DNA of 64,000 nucleotides, taken from Pseudomonadota bacterium. GTDB taxonomy: Bacteria; Pseudomonadota; Gammaproteobacteria; Pseudomonadales; Azotimanducaceae. Location: contig CP170502.1 in assembly GCA_047947185.1 (NCBI GenBank), positions 1,301,978-1,365,977 of the forward strand. The letters are read 5' to 3'. Made by a program: the position numbers and the translations under genes. The notes under the pieces are model-generated. The model ran no database searches. It had not been told where the DNA came from and saw only the letters and a program-made list of their open reading frames with translations. Shown in pieces: positions 1 through 9,531 of this stretch; the first letter of the stretch is position 1, and the number at the start of each line of letters is the position of its first letter.

Positions 1-1
1 T

Positions 2-928
<927 letters not shown>

Positions 929-940
929 GGACCGGGAGCG

Positions 941-1117
941 TCAGTTGTCGTTTCTGCGATCAGATTCCTGACGACGGTCAGCGGATCCAACGGCGATCCG
1001 GTCCGAATCCCGTCGATCGCGAATGGCAACCCGCCGCTCCTCGGCCTTGCGCCGCTCCTCTTCTCTCTGCTCTTCTTCTCTCTGTTCTGCGTCTTGCTTG
1101 TCCGTGGGTTCGCTCAT
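941..1117 (-). CDS. Hypothetical 58-aa highly charged small protein
   Basis: ATG at 1117 is preceded by GGGGAG 5 nt upstream (an in-frame GTG lies at 1123). By hand count 35 of 58 residues are D/E/K/R. No family recognised. Confidence 0.4.
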   Translation of the reverse strand: MSEPTDKQDAEQREEEQREEERRKAEERRVAIRDRRDSDRIAVGSADRRQESDRRNDN

Positions 1118-1202
1118 GACCACTCCCCTAATTCATTTGCCGAAAAACTAGAAAAATGACCGGCGGCTGTCAATACACTTCAAAGCGCCCTATCATCGCC
1201 CC

Positions 1203-1946
1203 ATGAATTCAACAGCAACACCCGCCTGGGGTGACATCAGCCTGGCAATGCACCAATGGCATCAGATTGACCAGCTCTGGGTCTATCTCTGGCAGGGCAG
1301 CCACGAGTTTGGCATTAGCTACTGCTATGGTGAGCCGGCCAGGGCACCCTGGCTGCAGTATACCAGCCTCGCTGAAATGCGTTTTCCCATTAACGGCAGC
1401 ATCACGGCCATACAGCAACTGTCGACCCGCCCCGTGGTTGCAAGGCCCAACCTGCCAATCCACCTGCCAACCGGCGAGTCAGTCACGCTCTATGTGGGCA
1501 CCTCACTCTGGTTTACCCTTCAGCGAGACACCGATACGCTGGTTGACATACCCGTTGCCCGACTGTCGGATACCTGGTTTGGTCCGGACACCCGCCAGGG
1601 TGAAATCTGTTATGCCTGCGGCACACATGCGCGGCTTTCCATGGAGGGAATCCGGGTAAACGCCTTCAAGGCCATTACACCCATTCATGTCCAGAACGAA
1701 TCAGACAAGGCCATTGTGATTGACCGGATCAACCTGCCAGTCAATTACATGACCCTGTTCCGGGACGAACAGCGGCACTGGACTTCCGCGCTGACCATCA
1801 AACGCCGGGCCACCGAGGCAAACAGCCAGATTCACGTTGCCGATCTGCCGCCTGATGCCTGTGTTAACCCGGTGATTGTCGCGGAACCCCGCAAGCGCCT
1901 GCCTGATGGTATTCTCAACAAGGCAATGAACCTGCTGCTCGGATAA
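1203..1946 (+). CDS. Hypothetical protein, first gene of a 4-gene overlapping operon
   Basis: 247-aa ORF whose stop overlaps the next start (TAATG at 1944-1948). No catalytic motif recognised. It is vaguely reminiscent of DUF432-type proteins, but I cannot verify that. Confidence 0.6.
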   Translation: MNSTATPAWGDISLAMHQWHQIDQLWVYLWQGSHEFGISYCYGEPARAPWLQYTSLAEMRFPINGSITAIQQLSTRPVVARPNLPIHLPTGESVTLYVGTSLWFTLQRDTDTLVDIPVARLSDTWFGPDTRQGEICYACGTHARLSMEGIRVNAFKAITPIHVQNESDKAIVIDRINLPVNYMTLFRDEQRHWTSALTIKRRATEANSQIHVADLPPDACVNPVIVAEPRKRLPDGILNKAMNLLLG

Positions 1947-2779
1947 TGATGGAATCGTTTACCCTGGAAATTCCCGCCATCATCAACGCTCTACAGGCGC
2001 TGGCGCTGGTGGTTTTTGGCTGGCTGCTTTCCCGTATCCTGTTGCGCATCCTGCACCCCACATTAAGCACACGCCTGGATCGCCACCAGCTTGTGCTGGC
2101 CGAAAGACTCCTGTTCTGGGCTATCAATACCCTGTTTGTCATCAGCGCACTGAACCAGCTTGGCTTCCAGCTCGGCATACTGCTGGGTGCGGCAGGCATC
2201 CTGACGGTTGCCCTGGGTTTTGCCTCACAGACCTCGGCTGCCAACATCATCAGCGGGCTTTTTGTCATCGGCGAGCGAAGTGTCTCTGTTGGGGACGTCA
2301 TCAAGGTGGGCGATATCACGGGTGAAATCCTGTCTATCGACTGGCTGTCCATCAAATTACGCACCTTTGACAACCTGTTTGTCCGCATTCCCAATGAGCA
2401 GTTCATCAAGTCCGAGGTAACCAACCTCTCGAAGTTTCCGATCAGGCGCGCTGATATCATGATAGGTATCGCCTACCATGAGGACATCGGGCAGGCACGC
2501 AACGTGCTGCAGCGGGTTGCCTTCAAGAATCCGCTGTGCCTCGATCAGCCGGAACCACTGATCATCATGCGTGGTTTTGGTGAGTCGTCGCTGGACCTGC
2601 AGTTTTCCGTCTGGGCCGCACGGGATAACTGGCTTGCCATGCGCAACTCCATCCAGGAAGAAATCAAGCTCGCATTTGACGCAGCGGGCATCGAAATTCC
2701 TTTTCCCCACCGAACCCTGTATGTCGGCGAAAAGACACCACCCATGCCTGTAACGGTAATCAACCCAGATGAAAAATAA
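1946..2779 (+). CDS. Mechanosensitive ion channel family protein (MscS-like)
   Basis: N-terminal hydrophobic helices are followed by an MscS beta-domain signature (GERSVSVGDVIKVGDITGEILSIDWLSIKLRTFDN..VRIPNEQF). Confidence 0.9.
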   Translation: MMESFTLEIPAIINALQALALVVFGWLLSRILLRILHPTLSTRLDRHQLVLAERLLFWAINTLFVISALNQLGFQLGILLGAAGILTVALGFASQTSAANIISGLFVIGERSVSVGDVIKVGDITGEILSIDWLSIKLRTFDNLFVRIPNEQFIKSEVTNLSKFPIRRADIMIGIAYHEDIGQARNVLQRVAFKNPLCLDQPEPLIIMRGFGESSLDLQFSVWAARDNWLAMRNSIQEEIKLAFDAAGIEIPFPHRTLYVGEKTPPMPVTVINPDEK

Positions 2780-3236
2780 ACCGCAGAAACCCGAGCGAGT
2801 CACCCTTGGCTGGCGCGAGTGGGTAGACATGCCGCAGCTTGGTGCCAAGAATGTGATTGCCAAGGTGGACACTGGCGCCAAGACCTGTGCACTGCATACC
2901 TTCTACATTGATGATTTTGTGCGCAACGGCGAGGAGTGGATCCGGTTTGGACTCCATCCCAATCGCAACACCGATACCCTGGCTGTCCACTGCGAAGCCC
3001 GCGTCAAGGAACGACGGGACGTGACAGACTCGGGAGGCCATACCGAAAACCGCTACGTCATTGAAACTTCTCTGCAGCTGGGCGAGAGCATTTTTGATGC
3101 CGAGGTCACGCTCACCAATCGTGACAACATGCGCTACCGTTTCCTGCTGGGCCGCAATGCCATGCGCCGCCGGTTTGTTGTGGACCCGGCCCGCTCCTAT
3201 CGGCTGGGTCGACGGGACGAAGACATTCCTGAATGA
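2769..3236 (+). CDS. Retropepsin-like 'ATP-dependent zinc protease' family protein (RimB-like, DUF785)
   Basis: WREWVDMPQLG...AKVDTGAKTCALH is typical of the RimB family. The ATG overlaps the end of the MscS gene by 11 nt. Confidence 0.8.
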   Translation: MKNKPQKPERVTLGWREWVDMPQLGAKNVIAKVDTGAKTCALHTFYIDDFVRNGEEWIRFGLHPNRNTDTLAVHCEARVKERRDVTDSGGHTENRYVIETSLQLGESIFDAEVTLTNRDNMRYRFLLGRNAMRRRFVVDPARSYRLGRRDEDIPE

Positions 3237-4312
3237 AACCACAGAAAAACCGCACACCTTTCGAGTTTGCCGGCGAAAAGATCCTGCCCGGCGAGCGGCG
3301 AACCATTGATATTCCACTTGCACCACTGGTCACCAACGACAATCTGGCAATGTCCGTTACCGTGGTTGCAGGTCGCCGCGCCGGCCCAACGCTGCTGGTA
3401 AGCGCGGCTATTCACGGGGACGAGATCAACGGTGTAGAGATCATCCGCCGCCTGCTTCGACACCCGGCCATGCAGCAGCTGCGGGGCACCCTGCTGGCGA
3501 TACCGGTGGTAAATGTTCACGGATTTCTCCACCAGACGCGCTACCTGCCCGACGGGCGCGATCTGAACAGGAGTTTCCCCGGTTCAAGCACCGGATCACT
3601 GGCGTCCCGCGTCGCCGACAAATTTGTTGACCAGGTCCTGCACCGTTGCAACTATGCACTTGACCTGCACACCGGCGCCAGGCACAGAACCAACCTGCCG
3701 CAGATTCGGGTGGACCTGACAAACCCCGAATCCGAAGCCCTGGGTATGGCGTTTGGCGTGCCGGTGCTGTTGCATTCCCGCCTGCGTGATGGCTCCCTGC
3801 GCGAGGAAGCGGCACAACACGGTATCCCGTTCCTGTTGTACGAGGGTGGTGAGAGCCTGCGGTTCGATGAGTTTTCCATCCGGGTGGGGGTCAGGGGTAT
3901 CCTGAATGTCATGCGCTACCTTGACATGCTGCGCCCCACGCGGCGACGCAAACCGGTTCCAAAACCGTTTATTTCCCGGCGTTCGACCTGGGTGCGGGCT
4001 AACACCAGCGGCGTCATGCGCAGCCTCGCCAACATAGGCAGGCGAGTGACTGAAGGTGAGTTGTTGGGCATCATTGGTGATCCCATGGGCAATCTGGAAA
4101 CGGGCCTGTATGCGCCGGAAGATGGCATCATCATTGGCAAGCTCAATTTGCCCCTGGTGAATGAAGGTGACGCACTTTTCCACATTGCCTGCTACAAGGA
4201 CCTGTCGGAACACGCGGAGCAGGCCATCACGGACCTGCAATTGGAAGTGGGCTCACAAGTGGAGATGGATCAATTGTTCGCCACGCTTGACGGCGGCAAT
4301 CAAGATCCCTAG
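3233..4312 (+). CDS. Succinylglutamate desuccinylase/aspartoacylase (AstE/AspA) family zinc deacylase
   Basis: HGDEINGVE, DLNRSFPG and DLHTG motifs are present. The start overlaps the upstream stop (ATGA). Confidence 0.85.
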   Translation: MKPQKNRTPFEFAGEKILPGERRTIDIPLAPLVTNDNLAMSVTVVAGRRAGPTLLVSAAIHGDEINGVEIIRRLLRHPAMQQLRGTLLAIPVVNVHGFLHQTRYLPDGRDLNRSFPGSSTGSLASRVADKFVDQVLHRCNYALDLHTGARHRTNLPQIRVDLTNPESEALGMAFGVPVLLHSRLRDGSLREEAAQHGIPFLLYEGGESLRFDEFSIRVGVRGILNVMRYLDMLRPTRRRKPVPKPFISRRSTWVRANTSGVMRSLANIGRRVTEGELLGIIGDPMGNLETGLYAPEDGIIIGKLNLPLVNEGDALFHIACYKDLSEHAEQAITDLQLEVGSQVEMDQLFATLDGGNQDP

Positions 4313-4328
4313 AATTCGCGCCTTTCCC

Positions 4329-4404
4329 GTCCCCTTCGTCTAGAGGCCTAGGACTCCAGGTTTTCATCCTGGCAACAGGGGTTCGACTCCCCTAGGGGAC
4401 GCCA
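4329..4404 (+). tRNA. tRNA-Glu (anticodon UUC)
   Basis: 76 nt, GTCCCCTTCGTCTAGAGGCC...GGTTCGACTCCCCTAGGGGACGCCA. It is near-identical to E. coli tRNA-Glu outside the anticodon stem. The anticodon loop is TTTTCAT. Confidence 0.97.
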
Positions 4405-4532
4405 CTTTTGGCTGACCGGTTTACTCCGGCACCAAATTTCGGTGTAATATAGGCCTGTTGAAGCGAGAGCTTCATAGAGAGATATATAAAGAGTTCCGTA
4501 GCAGGGGCTCTGGAAAAGTTAAAAAGTTGTAA

Positions 4533-4608
4533 GCGGGTGTAGCTCAGCTGGTAGAGCGCGACCTTGCCAAGGTCGAGGTCACGAGTTCGAACCTCGTTAC
4601 CCGCTCCA
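4533..4608 (+). tRNA. tRNA-Gly (anticodon GCC)
   Basis: 76 nt, GCGGGTGTAGCTCAGCTGGTAGAGCGCGACCTTGCCAAGGTCG...TCCA. It is colinear with E. coli tRNA-Gly(GCC). Confidence 0.97.
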
Positions 4609-4620
4609 ATTTTTTATCCC

Positions 4621-4728
4621 ACTGCGTCACAATGTTTGATCCACGCCATCCCGAGCGCGTACCCTTCTCTATACCGGAATGACGCAGTCGTGATTCGATG
4701 GCGTGGCTTCGGCACATTAAATTCCGGT
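4621..4728 (+). repeat. Three interleaved perfect inverted repeats (9, 10 and 8 bp) between tRNA-Gly and sodB
   Basis: ACTGCGTCA 4621-4629 pairs with TGACGCAGT 4680-4688. CCACGCCATC 4641-4650 pairs with GATGGCGTGG 4697-4706. ACCGGAAT 4673-4680 pairs with ATTCCGGT 4721-4728. Confidence 0.7.
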
Positions 4729-4788
4729 ACAGTTAGATTTCGACAACACAACGCAGTTTTTTCGACTGCCCAACCATGGAGGTCCATC

Positions 4789-5385
4789 ATGGAATTCAAG
4801 TTACCCCCGCTGCCCTATGCGGACAATGCACTCGAACCCGTTATCAGCAAAAGAACCATTGATCATCACTACGGCAAACATCACCAGGCTTACATGACCA
4901 AACTTGACGCGGCCCTGTCCGGCGCAGATCGCGACAAGGACCTGGAAACCATCATCAAAGAGTCTTATGGCAAAACCCCTGGCGTCTTCAACAACGCCGC
5001 CCAGGTCTGGAATCACACTTTCTACTGGAACAGCCTGACGCCCGATTTCGAAGAACTGAAAGACGAAAAACTCCTGGGGCTCATCAACGCCGCCTTCGGC
5101 AGCATGGACAGCCTGAAAGAAAAGTTTGCTGCTGCTGGTGTTGGCCAGTTTGGTTCCGGCTGGGCGTGGCTAGTTTATGACAAGGGCGCTGACGCGGTTT
5201 CACTGGTTAGCACACCCAATGCCGAATGCCCGCTGCATATGGGTAAAACCGCGCTCTTGACCATCGATGTCTGGGAGCACGCCTACTACCTTGACCACCA
5301 GCAGGATCGTCCTGGCTACATGGACAAGATTATCGATGGCATGCTGAACTGGCAATTTGCGGTGGACAACCTCAACAACGCCTGA
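4789..5385 (+). CDS. sodB: Superoxide dismutase [Fe]
   Basis: MEFKLPPLPYADNALEP, HYGKHH and DVWEHAYYLD motifs are present. GGAGG lies 6 nt upstream of the ATG at 4789. The longer ORF starting at 4564 overlaps tRNA-Gly and is rejected. Confidence 0.95.
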   Translation: MEFKLPPLPYADNALEPVISKRTIDHHYGKHHQAYMTKLDAALSGADRDKDLETIIKESYGKTPGVFNNAAQVWNHTFYWNSLTPDFEELKDEKLLGLINAAFGSMDSLKEKFAAAGVGQFGSGWAWLVYDKGADAVSLVSTPNAECPLHMGKTALLTIDVWEHAYYLDHQQDRPGYMDKIIDGMLNWQFAVDNLNNA

Positions 5386-5402
5386 TTGGGTATTCCACGA
5401 CC

Positions 5403-5431
5403 AGACAGGGGGCATTCAGCCCCCCCTGTCT
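5403..5431. terminator. Hairpin between convergent sodB and aldehyde dehydrogenase genes (probable bidirectional terminator)
   Basis: AGACAGGGGG (5403-5412) and CCCCCTGTCT (5422-5431) form a 10-bp perfect stem with a 9-nt loop. Confidence 0.7.
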
Positions 5432-5451
5432 AATTGTGAGGTGGCCCAGGG

Positions 5452-6825
5452 TTAGCGAAATTCACTGACCGTCTTGATGTTCACAAACTCGCGAATACCA
5501 AACTCCCCCAGTTCCCGCCCATAACCTGAATGTTTGACCCCACCAAAAGGCAGCCTGGGGTCAGATTGCACCTGGCCATTAATTGCCACGGTTCCCGTTA
5601 CCAGTTCTTCTTCTGCAATCACCCGGCCACGCGCGACATTGGCGGTAAAGACTGCGCCAGCGAGGCCAAACTCTGACCTGTTGGCAAGCACAATCGCTTC
5701 TTCCTCATCCATGGCCCGCACAACAGCAGCAACCGGGCCAAACAATTCTTCATCAAATGCCGCCATGCCGGGCCGCACTTCTGCCAGCACTGTCGGCGAA
5801 AAATAGGCACCATTAACCTCACCACCCGCGACAAGTCTTGCGCCGGCCCGCACCGACCGGTCAACCTGATCACGCAGTTCTTCCGCGAGATCCGCGCGCG
5901 CCATGGGTCCAACCTCGGTCTCAGGGTCAAGGGGATCACCAAATCGCCGTTGCCGGATCTCCCGGGTAAATTCCTCCAGGAACTTGCTGTAGACACTGTC
6001 AACAACAATAAACCGTTTGCCCGCGATACAGCTTTGCCCCGCGTTGACCAGGCGTGCGTTGGCACAGGTTTTCGCTGCACTGACAATATCCGCATCGCCA
6101 AGCACAATGTAGGGGTCGCTTCCCCCCAGTTCGAGTACACATTTCTTGAGCGCAGCACCCGCCGCCTCACCGACCTTGCGACCCGCGTCAGTACTGCCGG
6201 TAAAGGTCACCGCCTGGATCCGGTTGTCACCGATCACTGGCGCCACCCGCGCAGAAGGAACCAGGATGGTTCGAACCAGGTTCGCCGGCAGGCAGGCGGA
6301 AAACAGCGCCTCAAGCGCCAGCGCACAGCCCGAAACGTTGGACGCATGTTTCAGCACTATGCCGTTACCCGCGGCAATGGCGGGCGCTGCAAAGCGCAGG
6401 GCCTGCCAGAAGGGGAAGTTCCAGGGCATGATGGCCAGGACAACACCCAGCGGATTGAACACGACGCTGGACCTATGTGCCCCTGAAGGGATGTCGGAAG
6501 ACGCCAGAAACGCCGCTGCGTGCTCCGCATAGTAGTCACAGACCCAGGCACATTTCCTGACCTCTGCTTCCGCCTGGGTGACCGGCTTGCCCATCTCGCG
6601 CGTCATCAGCAATCCCCATTCCGCCGCACGCGCCTCCAGCATGCGGGCAACCTTCGAGAGTGCCTCGGCCCGCGCGGCAACCGGCACTTTTGCCCAGCCC
6701 CGCTGGGCCTGCGCCACGGCACCAAGCACCTGGTCAACTTCACTGTCGGTATGCACAGCGTACTCAGCAACCAGGGAGTTATCATGTGGAAAACGGCTTT
6801 CGAGTCTTGTCACAGCTCTTGCCAT
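5452..6825 (-). CDS. NAD(P)-dependent aldehyde dehydrogenase (succinate-semialdehyde dehydrogenase-like)
   Basis: ALDH-superfamily motifs: FTGST..G, a catalytic Glu context (LELGGSDP), a catalytic Cys context (GQSCIAGKR) and PFGGVKHSGYGRE. Confidence 0.9.
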   Translation of the reverse strand: MARAVTRLESRFPHDNSLVAEYAVHTDSEVDQVLGAVAQAQRGWAKVPVAARAEALSKVARMLEARAAEWGLLMTREMGKPVTQAEAEVRKCAWVCDYYAEHAAAFLASSDIPSGAHRSSVVFNPLGVVLAIMPWNFPFWQALRFAAPAIAAGNGIVLKHASNVSGCALALEALFSACLPANLVRTILVPSARVAPVIGDNRIQAVTFTGSTDAGRKVGEAAGAALKKCVLELGGSDPYIVLGDADIVSAAKTCANARLVNAGQSCIAGKRFIVVDSVYSKFLEEFTREIRQRRFGDPLDPETEVGPMARADLAEELRDQVDRSVRAGARLVAGGEVNGAYFSPTVLAEVRPGMAAFDEELFGPVAAVVRAMDEEEAIVLANRSEFGLAGAVFTANVARGRVIAEEELVTGTVAINGQVQSDPRLPFGGVKHSGYGRELGEFGIREFVNIKTVSEFR

Positions 6826-6870
6826 AGTGGCTTACTCCTGTGGTGTGTCGTTTTAAACAATTGTCGCATG

Positions 6871-7485
6871 TCAGAATCGCCGGCGCCTCAGGGCAAAAAC
6901 CCTGGCGGCGAGTACACCGGCGCAAAGCCCAAACAGGTGGGCTTCAAACGAAACAAAACTGTCCTGCGGCAGGACGCCGTAAATCAGTCCGCCGTAGTAG
7001 AAGACCGCAAAAGAGGCAATGGCCAACGAGGGGATACTCTTCTCATAAATGCCAATGGCAACCAGGAATCCGAAGTAGCCAAACACCAGCCCGCTGGCGC
7101 CAATGTGGAAGGCTGGACGCCCAAACAGCCAGACGCCCAGGCCCGCGAGCACCAGGATCAGCAGACTTGCCAGCAGGAACACACGGACGCCGCGCAGCGC
7201 CACAAAAAAACCCAGTATGGCCAGCGGCGCCGTATTCATGATGAGGTGTTCAAAGTCAGCGTGCAGGAGCGGCCAGACCAGAATGCCGCCGAGACTCGTA
7301 ACCTCCCTCGGATAAATGCCCAGCAGGTTGAGCCGCATGCCCAACCCCGTGTTAACCGCCTGCACAACCCAGAGCAGCACCAGCAGCACCAGGACAAGGC
7401 GCAGTGCCTGTACCCAGGCTTCTGTAGGATCTTTCTGTGCGATTATGCTTTCGCCTTCAGGGTCAAGGCCGCGGAATTGAGGCAA
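6871..7485 (-). CDS. Rhomboid family intramembrane serine protease
   Basis: Polytopic hydrophobic protein with a [11 protein letters not shown] (GxSG) motif and AHLFGLCAG (catalytic His helix). The start is uncertain and overlaps the 3' end of msrB. Confidence 0.8.
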   Translation of the reverse strand: MPQFRGLDPEGESIIAQKDPTEAWVQALRLVLVLLVLLWVVQAVNTGLGMRLNLLGIYPREVTSLGGILVWPLLHADFEHLIMNTAPLAILGFFVALRGVRVFLLASLLILVLAGLGVWLFGRPAFHIGASGLVFGYFGFLVAIGIYEKSIPSLAIASFAVFYYGGLIYGVLPQDSFVSFEAHLFGLCAGVLAARVFALRRRRF

Positions 7486-7838
7486 TAGCGCTGGCCCGTG
7501 GGTGCCGGTCCATCAGGAAAGACATGCCCGAGATGGGCATCACAGTCAGCGCAGACCACCTCGGTGCGGCGCATGAAGAGACTGCGATCTTCTTTTAACG
7601 TAATTGCCGTCTCGTCCAGGGGCGCAAAAAAACTTGGCCAGCCAGTGCCCGAATCATACTTGGTCTCGGCGTCAAACAGCGGTTTCCCACAGCACACGCA
7701 GGCATAGATGCCGGGGTCCCGGGTATCCCAGTATTCACCGGTGAAAGCCCGTTCCGTCCCCTTCTTACGGGTCACCTTGAACTGCAGGTTGTTCAGCTGC
7801 GCTTTCCATTCCTCAACTGTTTTTTCGACTTTTGCCAT
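7443..7838 (-). CDS. msrB: Peptide-methionine (R)-S-oxide reductase
   Basis: Two CxxC pairs ([21 protein letters not shown]) and GWPSF; colinear with E. coli MsrB. ATG at 7838 has GAGG 5 nt upstream. The ORF-track start at 7892 is less likely. Confidence 0.92.
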   Translation of the reverse strand: MAKVEKTVEEWKAQLNNLQFKVTRKKGTERAFTGEYWDTRDPGIYACVCCGKPLFDAETKYDSGTGWPSFFAPLDETAITLKEDRSLFMRRTEVVCADCDAHLGHVFPDGPAPTGQRYCLNSAALTLKAKA

Positions 7839-7933
7839 GACAGCCTCATCTCCAATAACCACAGGATTTACCGTGTCTTTTGCCTTCATCAAAGCGGCGA
7901 CAGCTCCACTACCCTCAAGATATAATGCCGACC

Positions 7934-8410
7934 ATGGCGGATATCAACATTGAAAACTTTTACCAGCACATCGCCAGGATCCTGAGCATCCTTTACGGGA
8001 CTTTCCCGACCAAACACCCCGTCTACGTTGACGAGGTTGCGGGTATCGACGAACCCGACGAATACGGCCTGCACAGCCCCACCTACACCGCGGGCTTCTT
8101 TGCGATGATCTGGCTCGCCGAGGAAGGTTATCTCAGGTACGCTGATACCATTCGCCAGGACGGTATCGACCAGGCCTGCCTCACCCACAAGGCATTCCTG
8201 CGGCTGACAGCGACCGCTGACCCCATTTATGTTGAACCGGCCATCGACAGCGACGAATCCAACGTGGTGAGCCTGGTTCAGGCTGAAAACCTCTCCCCCT
8301 CCATCCGGGAGGAACGCCGCCTGGTCATCAACCAGCTTCGCCAGGCGATCCGGAGCCGTTCATCCATCGCCGTAACCAAGGTGGTCAAACACATACTGCA
8401 GCAAACCTAA
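7934..8410 (+). CDS. Hypothetical protein
   Basis: Open frame from 7880, with candidate ATGs at 7925 and 7934. No motif recognised. Its 3' end overlaps the convergent downstream gene by 4 nt. Confidence 0.5.
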   Translation: MADINIENFYQHIARILSILYGTFPTKHPVYVDEVAGIDEPDEYGLHSPTYTAGFFAMIWLAEEGYLRYADTIRQDGIDQACLTHKAFLRLTATADPIYVEPAIDSDESNVVSLVQAENLSPSIREERRLVINQLRQAIRSRSSIAVTKVVKHILQQT

Positions 8411-9531
8411 TCTGTCACCGGATAGAGCACCGCGTCCTCGAAGCCGGTAATCACGCGCCTTGTACCGCACAGTTCGTGGTCCAGCGCCGGGTCCCCGGTA
8501 TCCACCAGCATCGGCTTGCCCCCCAGGGCTTCCAGCTTTGACTTGGTGGCAACAATCAGGATGTTGGCAATTCCGACTGCACGAATGACCCTGGGGCTGA
8601 ACTGCTGGTTGCCCCTGCCAAAAATATGGCCCTGGCCACCAATGGCCGTGACGACAATCCTGCAGGGTCTGCTCGCGACCAGGTCATAAAGCTGGCTTTC
8701 TGTGGCATCCAGCAGCACCAGTTCGCGCCCCTGCACCACGTCTACGCCCAGCAATGTACCAGGAAGTCCCAGTGCCTCACTGACCGCGGCAGTGGTTGAC
8801 CCCGAGCCCAGCAGGTAGGTTGTGCCCGGGTCCATCTGCTGGATCACCTCAGCCGCAATCTCCTGAACCGCCAGGGCCTCTATTTCCCGGCCGCCGGACT
8901 TGACCTGTTGCAGGTAACGCAGTTCTTCCGGCACCCACATCTCTCCGTGGTAACGGGTCTTTACGATACCCGCACGAAAAGAATCTTCATCAATGTCCCG
9001 CACCTCGCCGCGCATGACGGTGACCAGTTGCCCGGCAATCATGGCAGAGAGCACACGCGCCGCAGCACCAGGATTGTTGGCAAAAACCCCCGAGTGCATC
9101 TTGACCCCACAGGGTATGCCCAATGCAGGCTGGTCGTCTGGCAGCACATCAACAACATCACGCGCCGTACCATCACCACCGGCAAATACCAGCAGGTCAA
9201 CGCCGCGGACCATGATCTCCCGCACGGCAGCGCGGGTATCCTCCGCACTGGTATGGGCACTGGCCGGCTGGTAGACCACCTGGTGTGGCAGACCAAGCAT
9301 TGCGCAGACACGCTCGCCCATCTCACCGCCCGCGGTGTAAATCATGGTGTCTTCAATCCCTTCAACCTGCCCCAGGCAGGTGCGAACCCGGTCGTGCACG
9401 TGACTGGTGGACCCTAACGCCAGTGCCCGGGCAACCGTCTGCTCACCATCACTACCCTTGAGTGCCGCCGGGCCGCCGATCCCCGCGTAGGGGTTCAATA
9501 CCAGGCCCATGACAAACCGCTCACCTCTCAC
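8407..9531 (-). CDS. ATP-NAD kinase family protein (COG3199-like)
   Basis: N-terminal GLVLNPYAGIGGPAALKGSDG and an FAGGDGTARDV (GGDGT) motif. The GTG at 9531 overlaps the xni stop (GTGA). An alternative ATG lies at 9510. Confidence 0.75.
   Translation of the reverse strand: MRGERFVMGLVLNPYAGIGGPAALKGSDGEQTVARALALGSTSHVHDRVRTCLGQVEGIEDTMIYTAGGEMGERVCAMLGLPHQVVYQPASAHTSAEDTRAAVREIMVRGVDLLVFAGGDGTARDVVDVLPDDQPALGIPCGVKMHSGVFANNPGAAARVLSAMIAGQLVTVMRGEVRDIDEDSFRAGIVKTRYHGEMWVPEELRYLQQVKSGGREIEALAVQEIAAEVIQQMDPGTTYLLGSGSTTAAVSEALGLPGTLLGVDVVQGRELVLLDATESQLYDLVASRPCRIVVTAIGGQGHIFGRGNQQFSPRVIRAVGIANILIVATKSKLEALGGKPMLVDTGDPALDHELCGTRRVITGFEDAVLYPVTD

Noticed and set aside
4564-4788. N-terminal 75-aa extension of the sodB ORF (273-aa ORF in the track)
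   Set aside because: It overlaps tRNA-Gly on the same strand and resembles nothing. The canonical SOD N-terminus MEFKLPPLPY starts at 4789 with a GGAGG RBS.
4313-4788. tRNA-Glu/tRNA-Gly locus as a genomic-island integration site
   Set aside because: I saw no integrase, no mobility genes, and no duplicated tRNA 3'-end (att-like) sequence nearby. The flanking genes are ordinary chromosomal genes.
6520-7488. Long ORFs antisense to recognised genes. Examples: 6520-7488(+), 9717-10439(+), 15283-16002(+), 41412-42173(+), 46366-47259(+) and 59359-60333(-).
   Set aside because: They are shadow ORFs typical of GC-rich DNA. Each lies opposite a gene with clear family motifs. Their products are Arg/Pro/Gly/His-rich low-complexity sequences with no motifs or RBS.
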